NCBI GenBank assembly: GCA_022646745.1
Contig: CP060262.1
Location: 1,740,001-1,772,000 of the forward strand
Length of the DNA: 32,000 nucleotides
Direction: 5' to 3'
DNA from: Planctomycetales bacterium
GTDB taxonomy: Bacteria; 4484-113; JAFGCY01
Numbering within the stretch: position 1 is the stretch's first letter; each line of letters opens with the position of its first letter. Both the position numbers and the translations under genes were made by a program. Positions 16,498 to 24,708 of this stretch are shown here, piece after piece. The notes under the pieces are model-generated. The model saw nothing but the letters and a program-made list of their open reading frames with translations. It made no database searches and was not told the DNA's origin.

Positions 16498-17544
16498 ATG
16501 AAATTTCTCAAGGCACTGTGCGAGACCCCCGGCATTCCCGGACGCGAGGAGCGCGTCCGCGAGCTGCTGCAGAAGCATACCGAGGGCTGGTGGGACAGCA
16601 GCGAGGTCGACCGCGTTGGCAACCTGTGGGGCCGCCTGAAGGCGTCCACCCCCAACTGCGGTGACGAGAAGAGCGTCGTGATCGCCTGCCACATGGACCA
16701 GATCGGTTTCTATGTGCGCCACGTGGACGATGAGGGCTTCCTGCGCATCCAGCAGGCCGGCGGTTTTGACACCCGCAACCTGTTCGCCCGCCGCGTGCTG
16801 GTGATGACCAGCAAGGGCGGTGACATCGTCGGCATCCTCAACCCGGCCACCAAGCCGGTGCACGTCGCCTCTCCCGAGGAGCGCAAGAAGATCCCCGACG
16901 TTTCCGAGTTCGTGATCGACACCGGCCTCTCCAAGGAGAAGATAAAGGAAATCGTGCGCCCCGGTGACCCGGTGGTGCTGGAGCAGACCACGATCGAAAT
17001 GGGCGACCACGTCTGCGGGCAGTGCATGGACAACCGCATCAGCCAGTGGGTCGCGCTCAACGCCATCGAGAAGGCGAAGGGCAAGACGGTGTATGACATC
17101 GACTGGGTGGGCACAGTGCAGGAGGAGGTCGGCCTGCGTGGCGCGACCGTCGCGGCCCAGACCAGCAAGGCCGATGTCGGCATCGCAATCGACGTCACGC
17201 TCGCCGTGGACACCCCCGGCATCAGCAAAGAGGAGGGCATCACCCGCCTCGGCAACGGCGTGGCCATCAAGGTGATGGACAGCTCGGCGATCAGCGACCG
17301 CTCACTGTTTGAAGAGTTCGTCGCACTTGCCGAAAGAAATAACATCAAGTACCAGTACGAGGTACTGCCGCTGGGTGGCACGGACGCCGCCGCCCTGCAG
17401 CGATTCGGACCGGGAAGGCGTGCGATATGCCTGTCAGTCCCCTGCCGCTACGTGCATACGGTGGTGGAAACCGTGCACAAGGATGACCTGAACGCGGCGG
17501 TGGACCTGCTGGCTGCATGGCTGACGACGGATTCCGGCCGCTGA
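16498..17544 (+). CDS. M42 family metallopeptidase (FrvX/YsdC-like aminopeptidase)
   Basis: MKFLKALCETPGIPGREERVRELL, VVIACHMDQIGFYV, QEEVGLRGA and GGTDAA are typical of M42 glutamyl aminopeptidase/cellulase-like proteins. Confidence 0.88.
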   Translation: MKFLKALCETPGIPGREERVRELLQKHTEGWWDSSEVDRVGNLWGRLKASTPNCGDEKSVVIACHMDQIGFYVRHVDDEGFLRIQQAGGFDTRNLFARRVLVMTSKGGDIVGILNPATKPVHVASPEERKKIPDVSEFVIDTGLSKEKIKEIVRPGDPVVLEQTTIEMGDHVCGQCMDNRISQWVALNAIEKAKGKTVYDIDWVGTVQEEVGLRGATVAAQTSKADVGIAIDVTLAVDTPGISKEEGITRLGNGVAIKVMDSSAISDRSLFEEFVALAERNNIKYQYEVLPLGGTDAAALQRFGPGRRAICLSVPCRYVHTVVETVHKDDLNAAVDLLAAWLTTDSGR

Positions 17545-17626
17545 TACTGAATGGAAACGGTGCGCGGCACCGTCTGGATTAGAGAGGAGGACCGCTGCCC
17601 ACGGGTGGCGGAGCGAGGGCAACAAC

Positions 17627-19177
17627 ATGACAGGAAAGGAGCTGGCCTCCTATTACCGGGCTGCGGTAGAGTACATCGACCCGCGGCTGCGGGATGACTG
17701 TCCCGTCGAGGACATCTGTGCCGCCGCCAAGGCGCGCCAGCATGCGCTGCGCGCACATGACAGCGACACCGCCCGCCTGGAGCTCGAGAAGATTGAGGAG
17801 GCCCTGCAGTTCATCCAGCGTGTGCACCCGGATGTGGTCGATATCTGCCGGGAGCAGGTGACTGCGGAATATGCCGCAGAAGTTGAACCAGCGTTGGATC
17901 TTGCGCATATTGCCCAGTCTGAACCGGAAGTGCAGGATGCCAGCCAGCTGGTCGCGGATTTCCATGCGGAGGAAGCAATACAGCCTGCCGTGGAAACCGA
18001 CGAGGCCTCCCTAGTTGACAACTCCGTTGCCGCGCCGGCTGAACGCGATGACTACGCCGGTGTGCTGCTGAGCGGCACGACTGCGGATCCCGCGGAAGAC
18101 GAAATGGTCGAGCTCGTGCTCGGTTCCGGCAGCCATTTCGAGGCGGCAGTGGAATCCGCAACTGAACTGGAGACAGCAACGGCGGATGAACCGGAACCGG
18201 AAGCCATCAGTATTGATTTCGCCGCTGAGCCGCAGGTCATCCAGCCGGAATCCGTGCTGGAAATTGACGACGCGATTGCTTCCAGTATTGACAACGAAGC
18301 TGAAGCAGAATCAGGCGATGCCGGCAGCGAGCTGGCCGCCGCCATGGCTGCCTCGCGTGAGCATGTGGAAGTGCCGAGCCGCCACCAGTTCATCGCTGAA
18401 CTGCGAGAGCGCCGCCTCAGCAGCCAGCATGAACTGGCCGCAGAGGAAGCCGAGCAGGTCATTTCCGAACTGCGTGAGGAGCAGCACAGCGAGGAGCGCG
18501 TCAGCGAGCTGATCAGCCGCGTGCCTGATGTCAGTGAACGCATGGAACAGGAGCTGCAGCAGGAAGAGCAGACCAGCCGCCCGCTGGACTTCCGCAGCCT
18601 GATGTCACGCGCCGGTGCCAACCCGTCGCTGAAGGTCCGCCCAGCCAGCCGTCCGCGCCTGAAGACCGAGGAAATCCTCGGGCGGGAGAGGCCGGCGCGC
18701 CGGATCCCGGAGGAACACGCTGCTCCGATCCTGCTTGGGATGCTCATGATCCTGTGGCAATTCAGTGCTGCGCTGCTGGCCGGATTTGCGCTCAGCCGTG
18801 CACTGGTCTGGCATTTCGGCACAGCCTTCTCATCCATGACCCCAATCAAGGCATTATTCACCTGCCTGGTAGGCCTCGGTACGGCCGCCCTGATCGGCGC
18901 CGGATTCCGCTATTACCGCCTGCGCAGCCACCGGCTGTCCCTGCCGGTGCACGTCAGTGCGCTGTCCATCGTGATGCTGCTGCTGTCCTGGCAGTTCAGC
19001 GCGAATGCCAACGCCTATGCCAGCGGCCCGCCGTTATGGCTGTGGTGCATGCTGTTCGCCGCCTGGCTGGTTGCCACAATCGCCGCCGGACTGCACGACC
19101 TGCGTGTGCCGCCTGTCTCTCGTGATCCGGAATCGGAAGTGGTAGCTGCCAAGCCTGCGGTACCGCTTGCCAACTGA
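17627..19177 (+). CDS. Hypothetical protein: long acidic low-complexity N-terminal region plus about 4 C-terminal TM helices
   Basis: GAGGG lies 8 nt upstream. E/D/A-rich for ~370 aa, then hydrophobic segments (ILLGMLMILWQFSAALLAGFAL, LFTCLVGLGTAALIGAGF, ALSIVMLLLSWQF, LWLWCMLFAAWLVATIAAGL). Confidence 0.7.
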   Translation: MTGKELASYYRAAVEYIDPRLRDDCPVEDICAAAKARQHALRAHDSDTARLELEKIEEALQFIQRVHPDVVDICREQVTAEYAAEVEPALDLAHIAQSEPEVQDASQLVADFHAEEAIQPAVETDEASLVDNSVAAPAERDDYAGVLLSGTTADPAEDEMVELVLGSGSHFEAAVESATELETATADEPEPEAISIDFAAEPQVIQPESVLEIDDAIASSIDNEAEAESGDAGSELAAAMAASREHVEVPSRHQFIAELRERRLSSQHELAAEEAEQVISELREEQHSEERVSELISRVPDVSERMEQELQQEEQTSRPLDFRSLMSRAGANPSLKVRPASRPRLKTEEILGRERPARRIPEEHAAPILLGMLMILWQFSAALLAGFALSRALVWHFGTAFSSMTPIKALFTCLVGLGTAALIGAGFRYYRLRSHRLSLPVHVSALSIVMLLLSWQFSANANAYASGPPLWLWCMLFAAWLVATIAAGLHDLRVPPVSRDPESEVVAAKPAVPLAN

Positions 19178-19404
19178 GATTTCCACCGATTCAACTGAGA
19201 TATTCCGAAAATTCTCGAAATTTCTTTAGCCCTGTCCAGCACAGGGCTCAACGCATTCCGGTGCGGTGATTTTGCAGGATTTCGTTGCCATTTGGGGAAC
19301 AAAGCAGCCAGGCTGCTCGTCTATCTGCCCGTGATGGGGTTCCTCCCCAGTCACGGAAAACAGAGTCGGATTGCCAAGTTATGCAACCGTATAGGAGGCA
19401 ATGG

Positions 19405-19542
19405 ATGACGGAGAAGGATGATAAGCCGCGAGAACCGCGCATGCTGCCAGGGAGCACTGGCAGCGACCGTGATCCGGGATGCGTCCCGTTGACACGGTAC
19501 CCGGGCTGTACCAGCCAGGCCACACGCACCGACGGCCTGTAG
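19405..19542 (+). CDS. Possible 45-aa hydrophilic micro-protein
   Basis: AGGAGG, then 6 nt, then ATG. Sequence MTEKDDKPREPRMLPGSTGSDRDPGCVPLTRYPGCTSQATRTDGL. GC3 is moderately high. It could equally be part of a structured leader. Confidence 0.3.
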   Translation: MTEKDDKPREPRMLPGSTGSDRDPGCVPLTRYPGCTSQATRTDGL

Positions 19543-19674
19543 CGACCACGGACTGCAGCCCTGACCTGATTCACTGAACCACGGCCGTGCGTGCACGGCA
19601 AGCCACGGGCTCAGTGCATCCCATACCAAGCTTTGCAGCGGCGCTGCCGACTGTGGCCGCCGCGAGGAGGAAAC

Positions 19675-19758
19675 ATGCTGGTCATGCTCGCATTGATACT
19701 GACAACGCTCTGGGTCCTGGCAATGCTGCCTGGGACCGTGCCACAGACACGCTTCTGA
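19675..19758 (+). CDS. Possible 27-aa hydrophobic micro-protein
   Basis: GAGGAGGAAAC then ATG, the same SD context as the next gene. Sequence MLVMLALILTTLWVLAMLPGTVPQTRF, one predicted TM. Not in the ORF track because it is under 60 aa. Confidence 0.4.
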   Translation: MLVMLALILTTLWVLAMLPGTVPQTRF

Positions 19759-19847
19759 TCCGGGACCACCGGGCAGGCACAGGAATCTCATTCATCCGGT
19801 GGCTGGATCACCGGAACAGGGACCGGTTTGGTCCACGGGAGGAAACA

Positions 19848-20264
19848 ATGTACTACCTTGACAACAACAACAATGACAACATCAACAGCTGGCAGAACCA
19901 TGGCCTCGACAATGAGGACCGTGACGGCGCGCAGTTCGGAGAGGACGTGCGCTACAGCATTGACAACGGGCAGGAGAGCCTGGAGTCAGCCTGGAAGTCA
20001 CGGATGGCCGAGATCGACGGCTACATCACCCAGTTCATGCATGAGGCCGATGAGCTCTCCGAGGAGATGATCGATGACCTCAGCCACAACTTCAGCGAGT
20101 GGTGGGAGAAGCAGCCGATGTCCGACAAGGTCCGTGCCGAGTGGCAGAAGGCCAGGGCAGACGGCAAGGTGGTGCGGGCCCGCATGGAGCAGCGCCTGAC
20201 GCACCTGGTTGAGGATGGCAAGCTCAAGTGGAAGGAATGGACCCGCCGCAACGGCGCCGGATAG
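19848..20264 (+). CDS. Hypothetical Trp-rich helical protein, paralog A
   Basis: GGGAGGAAACA then ATG. Asn/Asp-rich N-terminus. The core aligns with the 20911 and 21279 products (E.AW...EID..I..FM....W....EW...RAR.EQR..HLV.DG.L). The ORF-track extension to 19587 is rejected. Confidence 0.75.
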   Translation: MYYLDNNNNDNINSWQNHGLDNEDRDGAQFGEDVRYSIDNGQESLESAWKSRMAEIDGYITQFMHEADELSEEMIDDLSHNFSEWWEKQPMSDKVRAEWQKARADGKVVRARMEQRLTHLVEDGKLKWKEWTRRNGAG

Positions 20265-20334
20265 GCGACCCCGCGCAGCATCCACTGACAAGCACTGACT
20301 GGGCGGCCGCCGTGCGACCGCCGGGAGAAATCCA

Positions 20335-20487
20335 ATGCTTTACACCATCGCCGTAATCCTGATCATCCTCTGGCTGCTGGGACTCGTCGGGTTCCCGACC
20401 ATCGGAGGCTTCATCCACATCCTGCTGGTGATCGCAATCATCATGATCCTCGTGAACATCATCAGTGGACGCCGCGCGATCCTCTAG
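20335..20487 (+). CDS. lmo0937/DUF5670-like small membrane protein, copy 1 (50 aa)
   Basis: MLYTIAVILIILWLLGLVGFPTIGGFIHILLVIAIIMILVNIISGRRAIL has the two-helix hairpin and GRR tail typical of the lmo0937 family. Absent from the ORF track. Confidence 0.8.
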   Translation: MLYTIAVILIILWLLGLVGFPTIGGFIHILLVIAIIMILVNIISGRRAIL

Positions 20488-20642
20488 GAACACCACTGCA
20501 TTCCATCCTGTGCGGGAGGTGCCCACGGCCTGGTGGCCCCTCCCCCCAATGATGCCAACGAACTACACCATCCGGTCCCGCTGCCCTGCAGCGGGGCCGG
20601 GAATAAACCAAACCAACCTGTCCGGTTGAAGTGAGGAGAACA

Positions 20643-20792
20643 ATGCTTTACACCATCGCCGTAATCCTGATCGTCCTGTGGCTGCTCGGATTCGTGGGAT
20701 TCCACGTACTTGGCAACTTCATCCACATCCTGCTGGTGATTGCGATCATCATGATCCTCGTGAACATCATCAGCGGCCGCAGGCCACTTTAG
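20643..20792 (+). CDS. lmo0937/DUF5670-like small membrane protein, copy 2 (49 aa)
   Basis: GAGGAGAACA then ATG. MLYTIAVILIVLWLLGFVGFHVLGNFIHILLVIAIIMILVNIISGRRPL is near-identical to copy 1 at both ends. Confidence 0.8.
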   Translation: MLYTIAVILIVLWLLGFVGFHVLGNFIHILLVIAIIMILVNIISGRRPL

Positions 20793-20834
20793 GCAGTGGA
20801 ATCGGGAACTTTTCCCGGCCTCCCTTCGTCTGTA

Positions 20835-20870
20835 AACTCGCAGGGGGCCGTGGGTGGACCCCTGCGAGTT
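20835..20870 (+). terminator. Strong hairpin after the second micro-protein gene (possible terminator or attenuator)
   Basis: AACTCGCAGGGG (20835-20846), 12-nt loop, CCCCTGCGAGTT (20859-20870). It is followed by GTCAGACT, a half-site of the GNRA hairpin motif. There is no long U tract. Confidence 0.4.
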
Positions 20871-20910
20871 GTCAGACTGCCACGGCACACTGCCGGATTC
20901 GGAGGCAAGT

Positions 20911-21231
20911 ATGACCATCAGAGAACAAAGCACCAGCGCCCAGGGCTGGCAGCGCGAATGGGAAGAGCGGACGGACCACATCGACACCCTTATCATGCGC
21001 TATACACGCCGCTGCGGTGAGCTGACATCCGACCGCGTGCAGCGCCTGACCGACGAGCTCCGGCTCTGGTTTGACCAGGAAGTGCCCCACATCAACTACG
21101 ACCCCGACTGGCAGCGCACGAAGTGCGATCCGCATTGCCTGCAGCAGCTGCTTGCCGGGCGCCTCAGCCACCTGCTGGCGGACAACCGCCTGTATATCTC
21201 GGTTGTCGAGGCCCCGGTTGTTGAGGAGTAG
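20911..21231 (+). CDS. Hypothetical Trp-rich helical protein, paralog B
   Basis: GGAGGCAAGT then ATG, an upstream context paralogous to that of 21279. It aligns with paralogs A and C (W..W....ID..I...L....W....DW....RL.HLL.D.RL). Confidence 0.75.
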   Translation: MTIREQSTSAQGWQREWEERTDHIDTLIMRYTRRCGELTSDRVQRLTDELRLWFDQEVPHINYDPDWQRTKCDPHCLQQLLAGRLSHLLADNRLYISVVEAPVVEE

Positions 21232-21278
21232 GCACAGGCTCCGGTTATCCGTGCGGACACGCGGATGGGAGGCAAGCC

Positions 21279-21602
21279 ATGAATGTTGATTACCAGACTG
21301 AGACGGAGCAGTTCGGGGCCTGGGAGGCCGCCTGGAGCAAGCACTGTCCGGAGATCGACCGGCGCATCGTCCGCTTCATGGAGGACAGCCCAAGCTTCAG
21401 CCCCGAATCGCTGGCTATCCTGACCAGTGAGATCAGTGACTGGCTGGATACGCGCCAGATCAACGGGGAAGCCTGGGTGGAGTGGCGCCGGATCAGGCTT
21501 GAGCCGGACTGGCTGCGGGCTCGCGTCGAGCAGCGCATTGCGCATCTCGTGGCGGACGGCAGCCTCAGGCTCAACATCTGGCGCGAGGGCTGGCACTACT
21601 AG
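21279..21602 (+). CDS. Hypothetical Trp-rich helical protein, paralog C
   Basis: GGGAGGCAAGCC then ATG. It is closest to paralog A: EAAWSKHCPEIDRRIVRFM / ESAWKSRMAEIDGYITQFM, and RARVEQRIAHLVADGSLRL / RARMEQRLTHLVEDGKLKW. Confidence 0.8.
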   Translation: MNVDYQTETEQFGAWEAAWSKHCPEIDRRIVRFMEDSPSFSPESLAILTSEISDWLDTRQINGEAWVEWRRIRLEPDWLRARVEQRIAHLVADGSLRLNIWREGWHY

Positions 21603-21659
21603 CCCTCTGTCCGCTGGGGTCCGCAGCAGCCGGATTTGAATTCAGCGCGCATTCTGGGC

Positions 21660-21665
21660 GATAAT
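21660..21665 (+). promoter_or_regulatory. -10-like box (GATAAT) overlapping or just preceding the carboxypeptidase start
   Basis: GGGCGATAAT gtttcac GTG. The in-frame GTG 21673 lies 7 nt after the box and would give MLRLRCIYTGMLLALLQLGAAQA. Confidence 0.3.
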
Positions 21666-22476
21666 GTTTCACGTGCTGAGGTTGAGATGTATCTACACAG
21701 GTATGCTGCTGGCGCTGCTGCAGCTTGGTGCTGCGCAGGCCCAGACGCATGACCTGAATGAACTGTCCTGCAAGTCCTACCTGATCTTCGACCTGCAGAG
21801 TGAACGCATCGTGGCCCAGGGCAACCCGGACCGCAGCCAGCCGATTGCTTCCATCACGAAGCTGATGACGAGCATCCTGGCGGCCGAACGCCTGCGCTTC
21901 GATGGCCGCTACATCCTGACCGCGGAGGAACAGAAGACCTTCCACTGTGAGACGATGCGTGGGCAGAAGATGCTGGAGATGATGCTGATCCCGAGCAACA
22001 ACAAGATGTGCAGCGTGGTGGCACGCATCATCAGCGGCTCCGACGACGCCTTCGTGAAGGAAATGAATGCCAAGGCGCAGCAGCTCGGGATGTACAACAC
22101 ACGTTTCGCGACCCCGAGCGGCCTGCCGCGGGACGGGCAGTACTCCACGATGGAGGACGTGCTGCTGATGACCCGCGTGGCGCTGACCTACCCGCGAATC
22201 CGTGATGCGATGACCCGTGAAACGGTTGAACTCAACGGCGAGGTCTACTCCGGTACCCTGCGCGACCTGTATGGCCGCCATCCGGGACTGATCGGTGGCA
22301 AGACCGGCTACACCAATGCGGCCGGGCGCTGCCTGACCCTGTGGTACCGCAGCGGCGGGCGCGACTACATCGTGATCACCCTGTGCAGCAAGGGCAGCAA
22401 GTCTAGCTTCCGCGACGCCGAGATCCTGCTGAGCAACTTCGGCCTGTGGGACGGCGAGGTCGGTGCCTGGGAATGA
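21664..22476 (+). CDS. D-alanyl-D-alanine carboxypeptidase (peptidase S11, class C low-molecular-weight PBP)
   Basis: SxxK SITK, SxN SNN, KTG in GGKTGYT, and a signal peptide ending AAQA. The alternative leaderless start is GTG 21673. Confidence 0.88.
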   Translation: MFHVLRLRCIYTGMLLALLQLGAAQAQTHDLNELSCKSYLIFDLQSERIVAQGNPDRSQPIASITKLMTSILAAERLRFDGRYILTAEEQKTFHCETMRGQKMLEMMLIPSNNKMCSVVARIISGSDDAFVKEMNAKAQQLGMYNTRFATPSGLPRDGQYSTMEDVLLMTRVALTYPRIRDAMTRETVELNGEVYSGTLRDLYGRHPGLIGGKTGYTNAAGRCLTLWYRSGGRDYIVITLCSKGSKSSFRDAEILLSNFGLWDGEVGAWE

Positions 22477-23567
22477 CGCGCTGCCTGCCGCTCCTGCTGC
22501 TGGCGCTGGTGCTCTGTGCATCATGTGAACAGCTGCAGCGCGCGGCGAACAAGCCCGGCGGCGTATTCGGGCCATCCGAGAAGGTGCTGCGGGAGTACCA
22601 TGACTCGCGCTGGCAGGCCGTTGTCAATGCGGTGGCAGAGGGCAGTGATGAAGTCGTGCTGCCGGATGAACCGGAAGTGCCGAAGGCACTGGAGAAGCTG
22701 AACCTCGAGCAGGGCTACCAGGCGCTGGCTGCCAACCGCACTTCCGAAGAGCTGAGCTGGCAGGCCCTGATAGAGCAGAGTGACCTCAGCATGCGCTTCT
22801 CGGCGGAGGTGCTGGACGTGCTGGAGCGCAATGACGCGGACAGCATCAGCCAGATCGTGCCGCAGATTGACGACTATGCCTCGCAGCAGGAGACGGCGAT
22901 GTCCGACTGGCGCGCACTGCGCAGCCAGCTGCGCGGCAGCCTGGACTCCCTGCAGCAGGACTGGGACAGTGCCTGGCCGGACAACGAGTTCGACTTTGAC
23001 CTGCTGGCCCAGGTGGAGCGCATCCAGGCGGACCAGCTCGGGCGGCTCAGCCCGGAACGGATCGCTGCGCTGACACACTACCATGACAACGAATTCTCAC
23101 GGCTGGCAACGGACTACCTGGAGTATGAACCGGCGGAAGCTGAGGAGATCAGCGCCGTGGCGCATGTGCCGGCGGACTGCGAGGGCATCAGTGATGCCAC
23201 GCGCCGGCTGGAGGCCGCGCTGATCGTGCGCCATGCGCTGGACAGCGCGATCGTGCGTGACCGCGAGCTGGTGGAGAGCTACGTGCCGGGCGTGCTGGGC
23301 AAGGGCCCGATCAGCAATGTGAGCATCCCGGACACGCGCTACGGCAGCCACCGCGCGCGGCTGGCCGTTGCCAGGCTGGAGCTGTACAGCATGCTCGACG
23401 GGCTGGTGACGGATGTGCTGGACGTGATGATCTACGATGTCAACCGGGAGTGGACGCTGGCCTGGCCGGGCAATGAGCTGGAGAACAACATCTTCGCCTA
23501 TGCCGGGGTGCAGCAGACGGTGCCGCGGCTGGAGGACCCCTACGAGGCCCCGGCGTCCAAGCCCTGA
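22473..23567 (+). CDS. Hypothetical lipoprotein
   Basis: ATGA overlap with the preceding stop. MTRCLPLLLLALVLCASC contains a lipobox. Helical, acidic mature part. No family recognised. Confidence 0.75.
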   Translation: MTRCLPLLLLALVLCASCEQLQRAANKPGGVFGPSEKVLREYHDSRWQAVVNAVAEGSDEVVLPDEPEVPKALEKLNLEQGYQALAANRTSEELSWQALIEQSDLSMRFSAEVLDVLERNDADSISQIVPQIDDYASQQETAMSDWRALRSQLRGSLDSLQQDWDSAWPDNEFDFDLLAQVERIQADQLGRLSPERIAALTHYHDNEFSRLATDYLEYEPAEAEEISAVAHVPADCEGISDATRRLEAALIVRHALDSAIVRDRELVESYVPGVLGKGPISNVSIPDTRYGSHRARLAVARLELYSMLDGLVTDVLDVMIYDVNREWTLAWPGNELENNIFAYAGVQQTVPRLEDPYEAPASKP

Positions 23568-23656
23568 GCTGACAGTCGGTCCAATCCCGCTTAAGCCCCG
23601 GTGAACTCCCTGACAACCCACTTGGCCCCGGTGTTTCCATGCCTTAGGCTCTAGCC

Positions 23657-23848
23657 GTGGAAGACAAAGCAACAGTTGAGCAGCTGCAGCAGCGCGTCGA
23701 GCAGCTGGAGGCGCAGGTGGCGGGCCTGCTGGAATCAAACCGCAATATCGTGGATGCCCTGCGCCAGATCGAGAGCTGGATCGTGAATGCCAGCAAGGTG
23801 CTGACAGCGCAGATCCAGCAGCAGGGTTCAGGCGAGCAGGGACAGTAG
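23657..23848 (+). CDS. Possible small coiled-coil protein (63 aa)
   Basis: GTG start. Heptad-like VEQLQQRVEQLEAQVAGLLESNRNIVDALRQIESWI. GC3-rich. The 3' end overlaps the convergent HAD gene by 21 nt. No clear SD. Confidence 0.45.
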   Translation: MEDKATVEQLQQRVEQLEAQVAGLLESNRNIVDALRQIESWIVNASKVLTAQIQQQGSGEQGQ

Positions 23849-24664
23849 GTAGCGGCCCAGTTCCGCTTCGCCGTTGTCAGGCAGCACATGGCTTGCCAAC
23901 GCCAGCGCCTGCGGATGGGAATGGCCCATTGCCACCGCCCTGCCGGCTGCTGCCAGCATCGGCAGGTCGTTGGCATCGTCGCCGACGGCCATGGTCTCAC
24001 TTATGTCCAGCCCGAGCAGCTGCGCGAATCTCCCCAGCGCCCAGCCCTTGTTGCCATCGGGATGGAACACCTCCAGTGCGTGGCAGGGCATGCGCGGCCA
24101 GAGCACGCATTCGGCGAACACATCGTCGCCAAGCCCGGTTTCAAGGGTGCGCTTGCCTTCGAGCACGAGCTCCTCAGTGCCGGGCATGCTCAGCTGCAGC
24201 ACCTGGCGCTCGGGCAGCTCTTCGAGTGATGCAATCGTGCCGCCGCGTGCGCCATACTCCGAGAAGTAACGTGTCTGCAGCACGGACTCGGCGCGCTTAA
24301 GCCAGGCGAAGTCCATCGGGTCCTCGTCATCCCATTCGAAGTAGAGGTTCAGCGAATGCGGCTCCAGCAGGGAGACGGCCTGCTCGACGAGGCGGTGCTC
24401 CAGCGGCTTGCTGGCCAGCCGGGTCCAGTCAGGCAGCTGCCAGAGCTGGGTGCCGGAGTTGCTGCTGGCGAGGATCGGCAGGCCGATCTGGTCCATGTAG
24501 GGTTCGAGGGTGGTGCGCCGCCGGCCGGTGATCACCGCCAGCGCCACGCCGGCTTCATGCAGCTCACGCAGGGCCCGCAGGTTGATCTCCGGGATGCGGT
24601 GGTCATCGACGGGCAGCAGCGTGCGGTCGAGGTCCAGGGCGATCAGCTTTGGCAGGGTGGGCAC
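23828..24664 (-). CDS. Cof-type HAD-IIB family phosphatase
   Basis: Motif I LIALDLDRTLL, motif IV GDDANDLPML, and a cap domain between them. GTG start. Confidence 0.88.
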   Translation of the reverse strand: MPTLPKLIALDLDRTLLPVDDHRIPEINLRALRELHEAGVALAVITGRRRTTLEPYMDQIGLPILASSNSGTQLWQLPDWTRLASKPLEHRLVEQAVSLLEPHSLNLYFEWDDEDPMDFAWLKRAESVLQTRYFSEYGARGGTIASLEELPERQVLQLSMPGTEELVLEGKRTLETGLGDDVFAECVLWPRMPCHALEVFHPDGNKGWALGRFAQLLGLDISETMAVGDDANDLPMLAAAGRAVAMGHSHPQALALASHVLPDNGEAELGRYLLSLLA

Positions 24665-24670
24665 GGAGGG

Positions 24671-24676
24671 ATTATC
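24671..24676 (-). promoter_or_regulatory. -10-like box (GATAAT) 6 nt upstream of the HAD start codon
   Basis: The minus strand reads GCGATAAT ccctcc GTG, with no SD. Compare GCGTATAAT cccc ATG at 29737-29721. Confidence 0.35.
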
Positions 24677-24708
24677 GCAGGTGGGCGTGGAGGAAGTGTG
24701 GAGAAGAA

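Noticed and set aside
17780-17840. HPD tripeptide suggesting a J-domain at the N-terminus of the acidic membrane protein
   Set aside because: The surrounding sequence does not fit the helix II / helix III J-domain pattern (no KKAYRKLA-like context). It is likely coincidental.
19178-19674. Known housekeeping ncRNA (RNase P RNA, tmRNA, SRP RNA, 6S) or a cobalamin-type riboswitch
   Set aside because: I could not find the diagnostic conserved strings:
- the RNase P P4 GAGGAAAGUCC-type motif
- the tmRNA tag and acceptor ends
- the SRP GGAA/AGCA loop context
- the B12 box

Only a covariance-model scan could settle this.
21571-22575. 334-aa minus-strand ORF opposite the DD-carboxypeptidase gene
   Set aside because: Shadow ORF. 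The plus strand has the SxxK, SxN and KTG motifs.
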